DNA of 52,229 nucleotides. Origin: Ministeria vibrans ATCC 50519 (Eukaryota; Protista; Filasterea). How positions within the stretch are numbered: position 1 is the stretch's first letter; each line of letters begins with the position of its first letter. The notes below the pieces were generated by a model. It saw nothing but the letters and a program-made list of their open reading frames with translations. It was not told the origin of the DNA and did no database searches. This document shows, one piece after another, positions 10,930 to 21,105 of this stretch. The stretch covers positions 1 through 52,229 of the forward strand of contig CALSCP010002206.1 of the NCBI GenBank assembly GCA_943704425.1. The letters are read 5' to 3'. Made by a program: the position numbers and the translations under genes.

Positions 10930-13900
10930 CTACACCCCACTGCCATCACGAAACAACAGAATGTCGCCATCGTTGCGCGTCTCGTCCCAGTCATTCCAGA
11001 TGCGCCCCACTAGCAGCCCTTGCCACCTGTTCTTCATCCGACGACACAGCTCCACCGCACTAATCACCGTCTCGCCAGGACGGAACGCCTTCTTCTGCGC
11101 TCCAAGTGCCTCCACCAGCATCCGCGTCATCTGCGTCTCGTCATTCCATGCAAATGCCGACGCGCTGTTCAGTGAGCTGGCCATCATCTGTCGCGCATAG
11201 CCCGGCACGGGCTTGACACTCGCGCGCATCGTCAGGTCCCCATCCGCACTCACCAGTGCCCCCGAATTGCAGAAGTCACACACCACCAGAATGTTGCATC
11301 CGCGCCAGTGGGCCTGCTCCTGTAACACCCCCGCCAGTGTCTTCAAACTAAACCCCGACACAAGATCGTCGATCCAGCGTGCGTCGCTGAGAATCAGTCC
11401 ACGGCTTCGGTCCTCCGCACCATGCCCAATCAGGTGGACCACCAGCAACGACGCCTTGGACTTGCCACACGTCGCGCTGAGCTTCGCTGCAGCCTCCGCA
11501 ATAGTATCCATGGTGACTCTCGCAGTGGTGACTTGGTCTGTGACCGTCTCGACAGCAAACTTGCGGTCCTCCCACAGTGTCTTGAGCTTCGACACACTCT
11601 TAAGAACACCAGGTAAATCAGGACAGTTCGCCAACTGCAGGTTGCTTGACGATTGGTACCGACTCACACCCACAATCAGTGCAGCTGCGTGCGTGTACGC
11701 CGATGTTCCTCCAGCACCTACAAAGAAAACATAAACAATTGTCAGATTTAAACTGAATAATATTTCAGATTTGACCTGCTTGATTGCACCACCACAGCTC
11801 AAGACGTTCGTTGCACTGTCGTTCGCCAGCGTGTCCCATCAACTCCAGATTCACCCGCCCCACCTCACGGTGCTCCTCAGGTGCCCCCGCCACATGCTCA
11901 GCCTCAAACAACGGTCGCGTCGGGTCAAACGGGTGCGCTGGCACGACCACTGCTCTCCCTCCACGCCATCCCCACCGCAGCGACACAGTCGACGAGCACA
12001 CCCGCTCAATCAGCGCATCCACCGTGTCACGCACATTCTCCGCAGGTGTGTCCGCATACAGTTCCACACGCACAAACGCCTCGCCCGTGTTCAGTCGCAG
12101 TCGCACCGGCACCATCCCATTGCCCTTCATCAGAAGCACATTCGTGCACCGCTGAGTCGCTTGGATCGCCGCATTCCCCACACTCTCCCGCCACAGTGCA
12201 ACCACCAGCAAGTGGAAAGTCGCCAGTGACACCGGCAACACCGCACCACCCACCATCTGGTACAGGAACAACTGCGCCGGTCGATCAACAGCTTGCTCGA
12301 CAAACGGTGCGTCGTCGGGCAGCAGCATCGGCACAAGAAGTCGGTCGTCGTGTCGGAACACCAGACTCAGGTGCTCAAGGGTGCGCAGGAACGCCGCAGG
12401 ATCAACCACGTCGGCACCCGCCAACAGTGGCTGTGTCTTGGCCAGTGGTGCAGCTGCCTCCCACACAAGCCACTGTGCCACGTCAAATGGGAATCCGGCT
12501 TCGGGACGTTGTCGTGTCGCGTCCAAAGCAGTCAACAGACGCACGGTGCGATTGAGATCCTTTGCACACCCTGCCTCCTCCACCTGCGCCAGCATTCCGC
12601 GCGCCCGCTCGCTCTTCGCCCGTCCCCATCGTGCCATCACCACCGAACACAGCAGTTCAAGCGCCGCAATCAGTCGAGGCACATCAAACACAACCATGTC
12701 GGAGTCAGCGAGCGTCGCACGGTCCACACGACTCACCAGAATGTCCGCAGAGTTCTCCAGGTACGGAATCACTCCATCGTGCAGTGCCGTCGTGTCGGGC
12801 ATCAGGTCGCCCAGTGTGATCTGTGGCGCGTCGTTGAGCTCGAGTGTTGGCAACTCACGCACTGGGCACATCAGCTGGACGTTGCCCATCCGCGCCCATC
12901 GTCCAATCAGGTCCTGTGCACACACATACTCAAGCGGCACAGGTCGTGGACGCACCGCCGAGTGCAGTGCCGTGCTGACCGCAGCGAGTCCCAGGCCCTT
13001 GGCACTGCCCACCTGGAAGAAGGGCACACTCGGTGTCGATGGCGGTCGGATGAGGTGCGGCCCAAGCACAGGCACAACGAGACGACGCATCTCGCGCGCC
13101 ACCAGTTGCAGCAGATCGCACGGAACGGTGTCGTCAGTGAACGTGTCGATGTGTGTGCCCACAATGAGAACGCGAAAGTGCGATGACTGCGTGGTGGGCA
13201 CTTGGTGCGCGATGAGGTGCGCCCATTTCGACACCGTGTCGTACTGGCGTTGAGCCGCAAGAAGACCACTAGCCATGGCGGACAGGTCAAAGACGACGAC
13301 GTAGACGGACTCGTTGCCCATGAACAGTGCAGGAAGCGAGTCAAACATCGACTCACCTAAACACATCAACGAGAACGGATGTCAGAAGAAGAAAAAGAAA
13401 TAGATTGGGCTTTGTGCAATATACGAACCTGCAAAGTCAAACGAGTCCATGTCAACGTGCTCTTCGCGCAGTTCCGTCTCCAGCACAGACTGCACAATCT
13501 CGAGGGTGTCTGATGTGGCAGCGATGGTGGGTGTGGGCGTTGGTGGTGGTGGAGAGGGAGCGACACTGGGTGTAGGGGGTGAAAGGTTCGACACAGTCTT
13601 CTTCACTTCGGTTGATGGTCCTGCCTCGTCAGTTGAATCGACGTCGTCGTGTTTCTCCTCTGCGATATCCTCCTCTTCCTCCACCGTCTCCATTGCCACC
13701 ATGCGCTCGCCAATGAGACTGGCCAAATGAAACTCCTCCTGCGGCACCGCCTTGAAGTAGCCCGTCTCGCCATCAAAGACTATTCGCATGCGGTGCATTC
13801 GAGTGGCGACTGAGCGGTCGTCTTTGCCGGGCAGTGTATCGTCTTGCAGTGCCGCAAGCAGTGCTGTCTTGCCTGCCTCGGTTGCACCCAGAAACAGCAG

Positions 13901-15522
13901 TTTGATCGAGTGCGAGATGACACACCCGCGTGCCATTGCCGAAAGGAACGCCTTCTTGTGACTCGACTCAGTGGGCAGCTCACTAAAACAACAATATAGA
14001 GAAACGGGATAGGTAATTGTGTGTGAAGGAAATGATTGTTGTTGTGTGTGCTGAGTGTACGGAATGAGGTCAGTGATGGGAAAGTGCTCTGTGGTGTTGT
14101 CTGTAAAGTGCACGATGAGTGTTTGGTGGTCCGTTGAGAATTCCAGTTTGCAGAGTGTTCTACAGAGTAAAACAATAATAAGAAAGAAATTTGTTTTGAC
14201 GTTCATACTTTGAGTTGAGTTTCAGAGGAAATGAGTTGATCTGCAGTCCCTTTGCAATGGTCCACACTTTGATTGTCGTGTCGTGCGATCCACTGAAGAG
14301 TGTTGTGCCGTCAGATGAAAAGTGGACTGTTTTGACATAACTACGAGTGAAATGTGTGAAAAGGGAATTGAATAGACTGACGTCATACTGTGAATGTTCA
14401 GTGAAAGTGAAGAGACACTCTCCCGTCTGACTGTCCCACACTTTCACTGTCTTGTCGTATGATCCACTCACTATTGTAGTTCCGTCGGGTGAGAATTCGG
14501 CTGATGTGACGCGACTGAAATCAAAAGAAGAGTCAAAATGATTTTGGAGTTCCTTTCGTATTACTCTGAGTGTCCAGTGAATGTGCGGATTATCTTTCCA
14601 GTGTCAAACCAATGCAGTGCAATGGTTTTGTCAGTTGAAGCAGTGAGCACTTGTTTGCCATCAAATGAAAATGAAATGGAGTTGATGTAATCCCTAAACG
14701 AAACAGAAACAGGAATGAGACTCAAAGGAATATGAAGAAATGTTCTTACGAATGAGCACGCTCAAAGGATCGCACAAACTGTGCAGAGTGAGTGTCCCAC
14801 ACACTCAGTCCATACTTCTTTTGTCCAAGAATGTGCAATCCATTGGGGGAAAATGACACTGCACATTGAAAACTGGAAAAGATATTCAACAAATGAAATC
14901 ACACTTCAAATGACAATCACTTACAATGGTTCGCATTGAATGGTGTGTTCGCACAGTCCACTCACAAGTGACCACACTCGAATGGTTTTGTCATCTGAAC
15001 CACTCAGTGCTTTGGTTCCATCAGAGGAAATGTCCACTGAATTAACCCACCTATCAAACGGAAATCAGTCCAATGGCACTCATTGCAAATGGTAAATCGT
15101 ACTTTGAATGTCCTTCCAGAATGAACAGACACGTTCCAGTGCGAATATCCCACACTCGGACTGTCTGGTCAAACGATCCACTCACTATCTTCGTTCCATC
15201 AGACGACACTTTGAGAGACGGCACCCCGCTGAAAACACACTCAAGTCAGAAAACAATCCACAAACATACCCAATTCTTACTTTGTGTGTCCTTTGAGTCT
15301 CTTGACGCATTTCTGCTCAGTGAGTGACCACAGCACAATCTCCTTCACCACTGAAGCAAAGACCACATCCCCCCTCACTGTCAGACTATAAACATCGTTC
15401 TTGTCCTTCACCGTCGCAATGGAGTGCGCAATGTGCTGTGTTCCCTCTTCGCACTTCCGAAAGAGCGCAACTTCATTCTTATGCACAAATGCGACTGTCT
15501 TTCCCTTCTGAGCAAATGCCAT
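10930..15522 (-). CDS. ~1341-aa Roco-family protein: WD40 repeats, Roc GTPase, COR-like region and caspase-like (peptidase C14) domain
   Basis: Exons 15522-15281, 15228-15103, 15050-14925, 14872-14750, 14693-14565, 14514-14389, 14340-14209, 14159-14061, 13982-13429, 13356-11776, 11717-10930 give 4026 nt in one frame with all GT-AG introns. WD40: [46 protein letters not shown]. Roc: [17 protein letters not shown]|[19 protein letters not shown]14-like: [28 protein letters not shown]. The 5' end could extend further upstream. Confidence 0.85.
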
Positions 15523-15735
15523 GTTCTACGACACGAGAGAGAGGAGTGAGGAGTGACAACTGGATCACAGCAAACAGAGGCACACACACAAGGGAACGTG
15601 GTTCTATGAGGCCTCAGCGATCAACTGAGTGCCAACCAATGAGAACTCTCTGTCTCTCCACTCAAAGTCCCTTTCAAACAAACCAAAACAAACTGACTCA
15701 CAAACAACGACTGATCAAACAACGAGAGCGCATCA

Positions 15736-15969
15736 TCGGAAGAGTTGCGCAGACGACACAAACAAGTCCAAATGTTGGTCGAACACACAAACGACGCCAT
15801 TGCGACCCCCACAGGACGACACACACGCTGTGCCATGCATCACCATACACTCCACTCTGCAATGCAATGCAAAGCGAGCCACTTGCGTCGGAAGAATTGC
15901 GCAGACGACACAAACAAGTCCAAATGTTGGTCGAACACACAAACGACGCCATTGCGACCCCCACAGGAC
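15736..15969. repeat. 82-bp direct repeat (15736-15817 and 15888-15969), one mismatch
   Basis: tcggaaga(g/a)ttgcgcagacgacacaaacaagtccaaatgttggtcgaacacacaaacgacgccattgcgacccccacaggac occurs twice, 152 bp apart. Confidence 0.9.
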
Positions 15970-17236
15970 ACATTCCGTGAATCTCGCCAGCACACACGCC
16001 ACTACACACCAATCCACCACACCACATGCGCAACAGTGCAGCACAGGTAAGTGTTCTCACAAGAGATAAGACAAACCAATTTTCCCTTTCGTCCCAAAGT
16101 GAGTCGACAACGCAAAAAAAAAAACGTAAACCCCATTGACGTTCCTTCACTCCCCCTTCATCAGATGATACCCGAAGTTCTTTTCAGCGTGACGGAACAG
16201 TTCACTATCAACGGATTGACGTGCTTCTTGGTCAAATTGTGTGCTTGAATTTTGAAATTTGAATAATATTAAATTTTTAGTCGATTGCCGACTGACACCA
16301 CGATCAATCAGGGACACATTCATCAGACGAACAAGACCGCTGCCTCAGCTCTAATGTTAATTTATTGTTAAATGCATATTGGATATTGTAGTTACTACTA
16401 GTACTTAGTAGCACTGGAAGTTCTCTTTTAAAATGGGTTCATTTTCGGTTGAGTTTCCGTCTTACTTTTTATTCAGTAGTTTGGACGGAACGTGTGACTC
16501 AAATTCGACTCAACGAACTATTCTGCCGCCCGCAAAAACCACCTTCCCGCTGCCCAAGACGACCCCCCCCGCGCCGCCCTAGACACGAGCCACCGACCTA
16601 CTGACGCAATAGTAGTCCAGGGACTGAACGGATGATTTGATCAACCAGTTTCGAAAAAGTTTCTTTTGGTATAAAGTTCTGCCTTTTTTTTTTTTTTTTT
16701 TTTTTTTTGTGTTCCNNNGGAATGAGGTTAAGTAGGCGTGCTACAGATTAAATATTAATTGTTGAGGGAAAAGATTTTTCTCACAAGCGATAAAAACGCA
16801 CAATGGAAAGAAATGCGGCGCAACGCGGTGCAGCAGGGACCACTGTGGCTCCACCGTCTGCGCAGCGGCTGCAGCAGTGCAGGAAACGCCCAATTGGCGT
16901 CGCTGGCAGATTCGTGTTGGCGACACGCTCTGCGTTGTGCCCTTCCTGCGCCCTTTCCGGGCCTGCTTGCGCGCGGTGCGCCGGGATCGGGGGTTTTTAT
17001 CACGAATGCGGCGGAGGTCGCGGAAAGAAACGTGCAAGAGAGAGTTCCGTGACAGTTTTAAATGTAGCAAGAAGATAATTATTTTTTTTCTGTATCATCT
17101 TCCGACAGTTTTTTTTTCTTTTTTTTTCTGGTTCTGGAAATCCGCAGTTAACCACGACGGCAGTTCGCGCGGGTGCCAAGGGCAAGAAAACGCAGTGACT
17201 GTGTGAGGGAGGGCGACGAGTGAGGCGCAAGGGAGG

Positions 17237-18229
17237 ATGAATGAGGAGCAGAAGGGTTTCGCGGAAGAGAGAACTCCGTCGCGGTCTCCGTCGCCGTCGT
17301 CGGACGACGCGAACGAAGGCAACGGGGAGGAGCGGCAGGAGGACACGCGAGAGACGCGTCTGTCGGCGAAGGAGCGTCTGTGGCGCCAGCGATTTTCAGA
17401 GCTGCTTGCCTTTCGTGACTTGTTCAACTCGGTGAGTCCACCGCAGCGGTGGGAGCACAATCGAGCGATGGGCACGTGGGTGGATACGCAGAGACAACGG
17501 TACAGGTCGGGGGCACTGACGCGCATTCGAAAGCGACGGCTCGACGCGATTGGGTTCTCATGGAAAGGCAGCGGTGTGCGGTGCACGCTGAGTCTGGTGG
17601 AAGGCGCACAACTCACGCCCACGACCTTCTCTGAGGCGCGGCGGCGTGGTTGTGAGTTTGTGGGTCCCGAGGGCATTGAGGCGTCGCGCGAGGTTGACCA
17701 GAATTGGCCAACCACCGAGACGGGTGTGGGCGGCGCAGGGCAACTTCGGGGCGAGGGAGGCGAAGAGCAACGCCGGAAGTCAACGCGCACCGTCAAGCGC
17801 ACGAGCCAGGTTGAAGAGAGCCGATATGCCTTTGACGAAGATGAAGAGTGGGAGGAGTACATTGGTGAGCGACACACGCAGCGCCCGGCCAATGGCAGCG
17901 GCGAACCGAGCGGCGCCAAGAGACAGCGCGTCAAGGCCAAGGCTTCTACTGGCGACGAGCAACAAAGGAGCGAGAAGCAGAGCAATGGGGCACGACGAGC
18001 GCCCGACGAGCCGCCAAACACACCAGTGGGCATGTGTCCGACCCGAGCTCCCGCCGGTCGACGGCATTCAGCAGCGGATCCGCCGTCGCTCGTCTCGGAG
18101 CAATATTTTGATGTTCGTGCGACGCACTCGCTTCCACAGCGCCCCAAGTCAACTCCCGTCCTTGACATGTACGTGTTCCCTGCTTCAACCCCTCCGCCAC
18201 CGTCTGTGATCCTGGAGGTTCACTGGTGA
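17237..18229 (+). CDS. Helicase-associated (HA) domain protein with a long disordered C-terminus
   Basis: WRQRFSELLAFRDLFNSVSPPQRWEHNRAMGTWVDTQRQRYRSGALTRIRKRRLDAIGFSW matches the HA-domain pattern W..F.EL..F..LG.WV..QR..R..L..IGF.W. Gene boundaries are uncertain. Confidence 0.75.
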   Translation: MNEEQKGFAEERTPSRSPSPSSDDANEGNGEERQEDTRETRLSAKERLWRQRFSELLAFRDLFNSVSPPQRWEHNRAMGTWVDTQRQRYRSGALTRIRKRRLDAIGFSWKGSGVRCTLSLVEGAQLTPTTFSEARRRGCEFVGPEGIEASREVDQNWPTTETGVGGAGQLRGEGGEEQRRKSTRTVKRTSQVEESRYAFDEDEEWEEYIGERHTQRPANGSGEPSGAKRQRVKAKASTGDEQQRSEKQSNGARRAPDEPPNTPVGMCPTRAPAGRRHSAADPPSLVSEQYFDVRATHSLPQRPKSTPVLDMYVFPASTPPPPSVILEVHW

Positions 18230-18987
18230 GAGGAAACGCACGAGAATGAGAAAGAGAGAGAAAGATAAGAGAGTGAGAGTTTTTTTTTTTTTGTAATTAT
18301 ATTGTACCACATGAATGAGTTGTTAAGAGAGACTACAGTGCGCCGAAGAGAATGTAGATGTATGTAGAGGGGAAGATACGGGCGGGGTGAGGCGGTAAAG
18401 CAGCGCACGGACCCGATAAGAAGCGTATCTTTCCCAAACGTATGTGAGTAGGAGAACCCTTAGGGGCTCAAGAGACACCGCTGGGACTGCTGAGCAGAGC
18501 AAGGGATGGAAGGGAGCCGACAGGGGTTGGGATACATGAGATGGGCGAGTGGCAGGAGTCAACAAGATTGCAATAACTTAAAGCAGTGTATTTATTATTA
18601 TTTTTACACATTATTCAGTCGACACAGAGCTGCAGAGGACGCCAGATTGTACAAACAGTAATCAGTATAGCTGAGTGGAGAGTGATTAAACAGCAGCTGG
18701 CAGCCAGTAAAAATCTCACAGTCGGACGTCCTTTGTGTGTTCTCACGAAAACGTAACAATTTCTCATTTCATGGTCGTGATCGGTTGAATTTTAATCATT
18801 ACTTTTTTTTCCCTTTGTATGCCGACTGAAGTGCTTTTCAACTTTCACACCCCCACTGCATTCAGCGAGCCTGGTTAAATCCTCCACGCGTGACCCGAGC
18901 GACAAGACACGCCGCACATTCGACCCTCACAACCCACACACGTCTTCTCAGGGTCGACCTCACAAAGGAACCCTTTTCAACCGCAAA

Positions 18988-19167
18988 ATGAACACTCCGC
19001 ACCCCTGCTGTGCCCAGTGCCACCGCCGCTGCACGCCCCAGGTGCGCGACATCTACCTCGGCCACGAGCGTATCTTCTGCACCTTCCCTTGCTTTGCGCG
19101 CTTTTCCAACAAGAGCAAAAGGATGACGTCGCTCGACCGCGACTCTGGAATTGAAATCTCCGACGAG
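18988..19167 (+). CDS. Small FCS-like (FLZ/TRASH-type) zinc finger protein, exon 1
   Basis: CAQC-x18-FCTFPC with DIYLGHERIFC, resembling the FLZ pattern Cx2Cx17-19FCSx2C. GT donor at 19168 and a candidate acceptor at 19409 lead to a short second exon. Confidence 0.5.
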
Positions 19168-19675
19168 GTAGGCCCCTACGGCTCCCGCCGACGTTGTAGA
19201 CTTGTAGCTGTGCGTATTATAAATATCTTTTAAGGGAAAGACGGTCAGAGAGAGACGTTCTTTCTTTTTTGGGATGAGATGAAATGTGATTGCGAAATCG
19301 ACCGAATCGACATAATAATCTTCTTTTTTTCTTTGAATCGACATAATAATAATCTTCTTTTTTTCTGAAATAATAATCTTCTTCTTTTTTTCTTTTTCTT
19401 CCTCTGTAGGAGAGTAAAAAAGAACCGTTTATATGGCCCTACTTATGGGATAAACAAACACAATTGACGAAAATGACACGGATGGAGCACAATCGGCTCA
19501 TTTTGGCGAATTGAACAGAAAATGTAATAATAATTTTATTACAATAATAAATTATTATTATGATTAATATTAGTATACAATTGGCGACAATGAGCACAAT
19601 CGGCTCATTTTGGCTCGGTATTAGTCAATGGCAGAAGATGTATATACAATTATAGTGATATTTAATAATATTATG

Positions 19676-20910
19676 TTATTCAAGCGGGTTCGACGGATCT
19701 GGCTGGGACGGAGAGAGAGTAATGGACGAGGCCCACGGCGGAATGGAAGGAGAGTAATGAACAAGGACGACGTCGAGGGGAGCGTGGCGGTGAAAGGAGA
19801 GGGCGTGCTGGATGGCATCACGAATCCACTCGAGACGGTTGCCAAAGACACCGCCACCAAGGGCGGTCAGATACACCGAAACACGACGCCTGAGCTGGAG
19901 ACTGCGCAGTTCGGCCACTGCAAGAGTGGCACGGTATGCAGCAACAAGAATGAGACGCGCAAAGGGAGCAAACTCATCGGCGGACGTGGTGGCATGGGCA
20001 TACGCCACTGGGAGAGCGCTGCAGAAGCACTGCGTGACACGGTGTGTGTGTGGCGGTGCCACCTGTGTGCTATAGTGCACGGCAATACGACACCGCTGCA
20101 CAACCAGCTCGGGCAGCTCGGGGTTCTCTACCAGTAGCGCTGTCACCTTGTTCAGACCTCCCTTGACCGGGAGACAGTATCCATTTTGCATTCGCCACAC
20201 TCTGCACGAACAATCTCTTTTCTTTTCAGTGTCGTCTTCGCATTGTTGTTCTCATACCGCGGGTGCGACGAAGTGGGATCATTTCCAAAAAGATCGCCGA
20301 CGTCTTTCAGCGTGTCGATTTGCGTCGTGTGCTGGCCCTGGCCACCATAGACAAGGTAGTTGCGGAAGACGGTCGCGGCAGGGGCTGCCAGAGCACACGC
20401 TGGGCCCTGGGTGTGGTCGCACGCGTACCGCGCGACTCCATGTGCAGGCGTGACCGTGGGCGCGACCATCTCCAAGGCACTACGCGCAAGCAGTGAGTGC
20501 CCCAGATCAAATGGCACATCGTATCATTTTTCTCACTTGAACTGACTGGCAACTTGAAAGACTGCGTCTGCACTGCTCGGATCGCGTATCAACGCACCCA
20601 CATCGGTATCCACCCGATGAGAAAAGGTCAATCCTCCCCCCAGAGGACTTGCAGCGCTCGCTGTGGCGTCCCGAGGGCCGTCAGAGCCACAAACATGAAC
20701 TTGCGTGGTTGAGCACTCCAGTTGTTTCACCTTTGCGCGCAATTCACTCAAAGACGGCGTCTCAAATTCGCCCAGGTACTGTCGCGGCCACTCGCTCGTA
20801 GGACACTCAAGGTACCCATCGGCGCTCACAGAAAAGTGCGATCGGTTCTTCTCAAAATCTTTCGATTCTGTAAATCCAAAAGTGTGCTTGAACCACTTCA
20901 TCTGAAACAT
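19676..20910 (-). CDS. Conserved 'FQVASQFN' family protein, probably macrodomain-like
   Basis: Three exons (introns 20536-20480 and 20257-20202) give WFKHTFGF.E, FQVASQFN|ALEM, YACDHTQGPACA, FRNY, MQNGY, VTQCFCSALP, AAYRATL and LTALGGGVFGN. The GGGVFGN loop resembles the macrodomain diphosphate-binding loop (inference). Confidence 0.7.
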
Positions 20911-21105
20911 GTGTGAGGAGTCACTTAGCAACTGCAACCCGATGGCATCAATTATATCAAAGAAGAAGAAAGAAAGTATACCACTTCTGCGACAAAAATA
21001 AAGATACAATAATAATTATTATTATTATTAATTATTTGCAAAATTAATCATACTTATAATAAGAATAAATTATAATAATAATTAATTATTTGTTATTGAA
21101 ATTTC

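Noticed and set aside
15736-15969. Direct repeat as a CRISPR array or LTR pair
   Set aside because: Only two 82-bp copies, a eukaryotic context, and no cas or retroelement genes.
19485-19614. 23-bp direct repeat gagcacaatcggctcattttggc
   Set aside because: Short local intergenic duplication with no supportable function.
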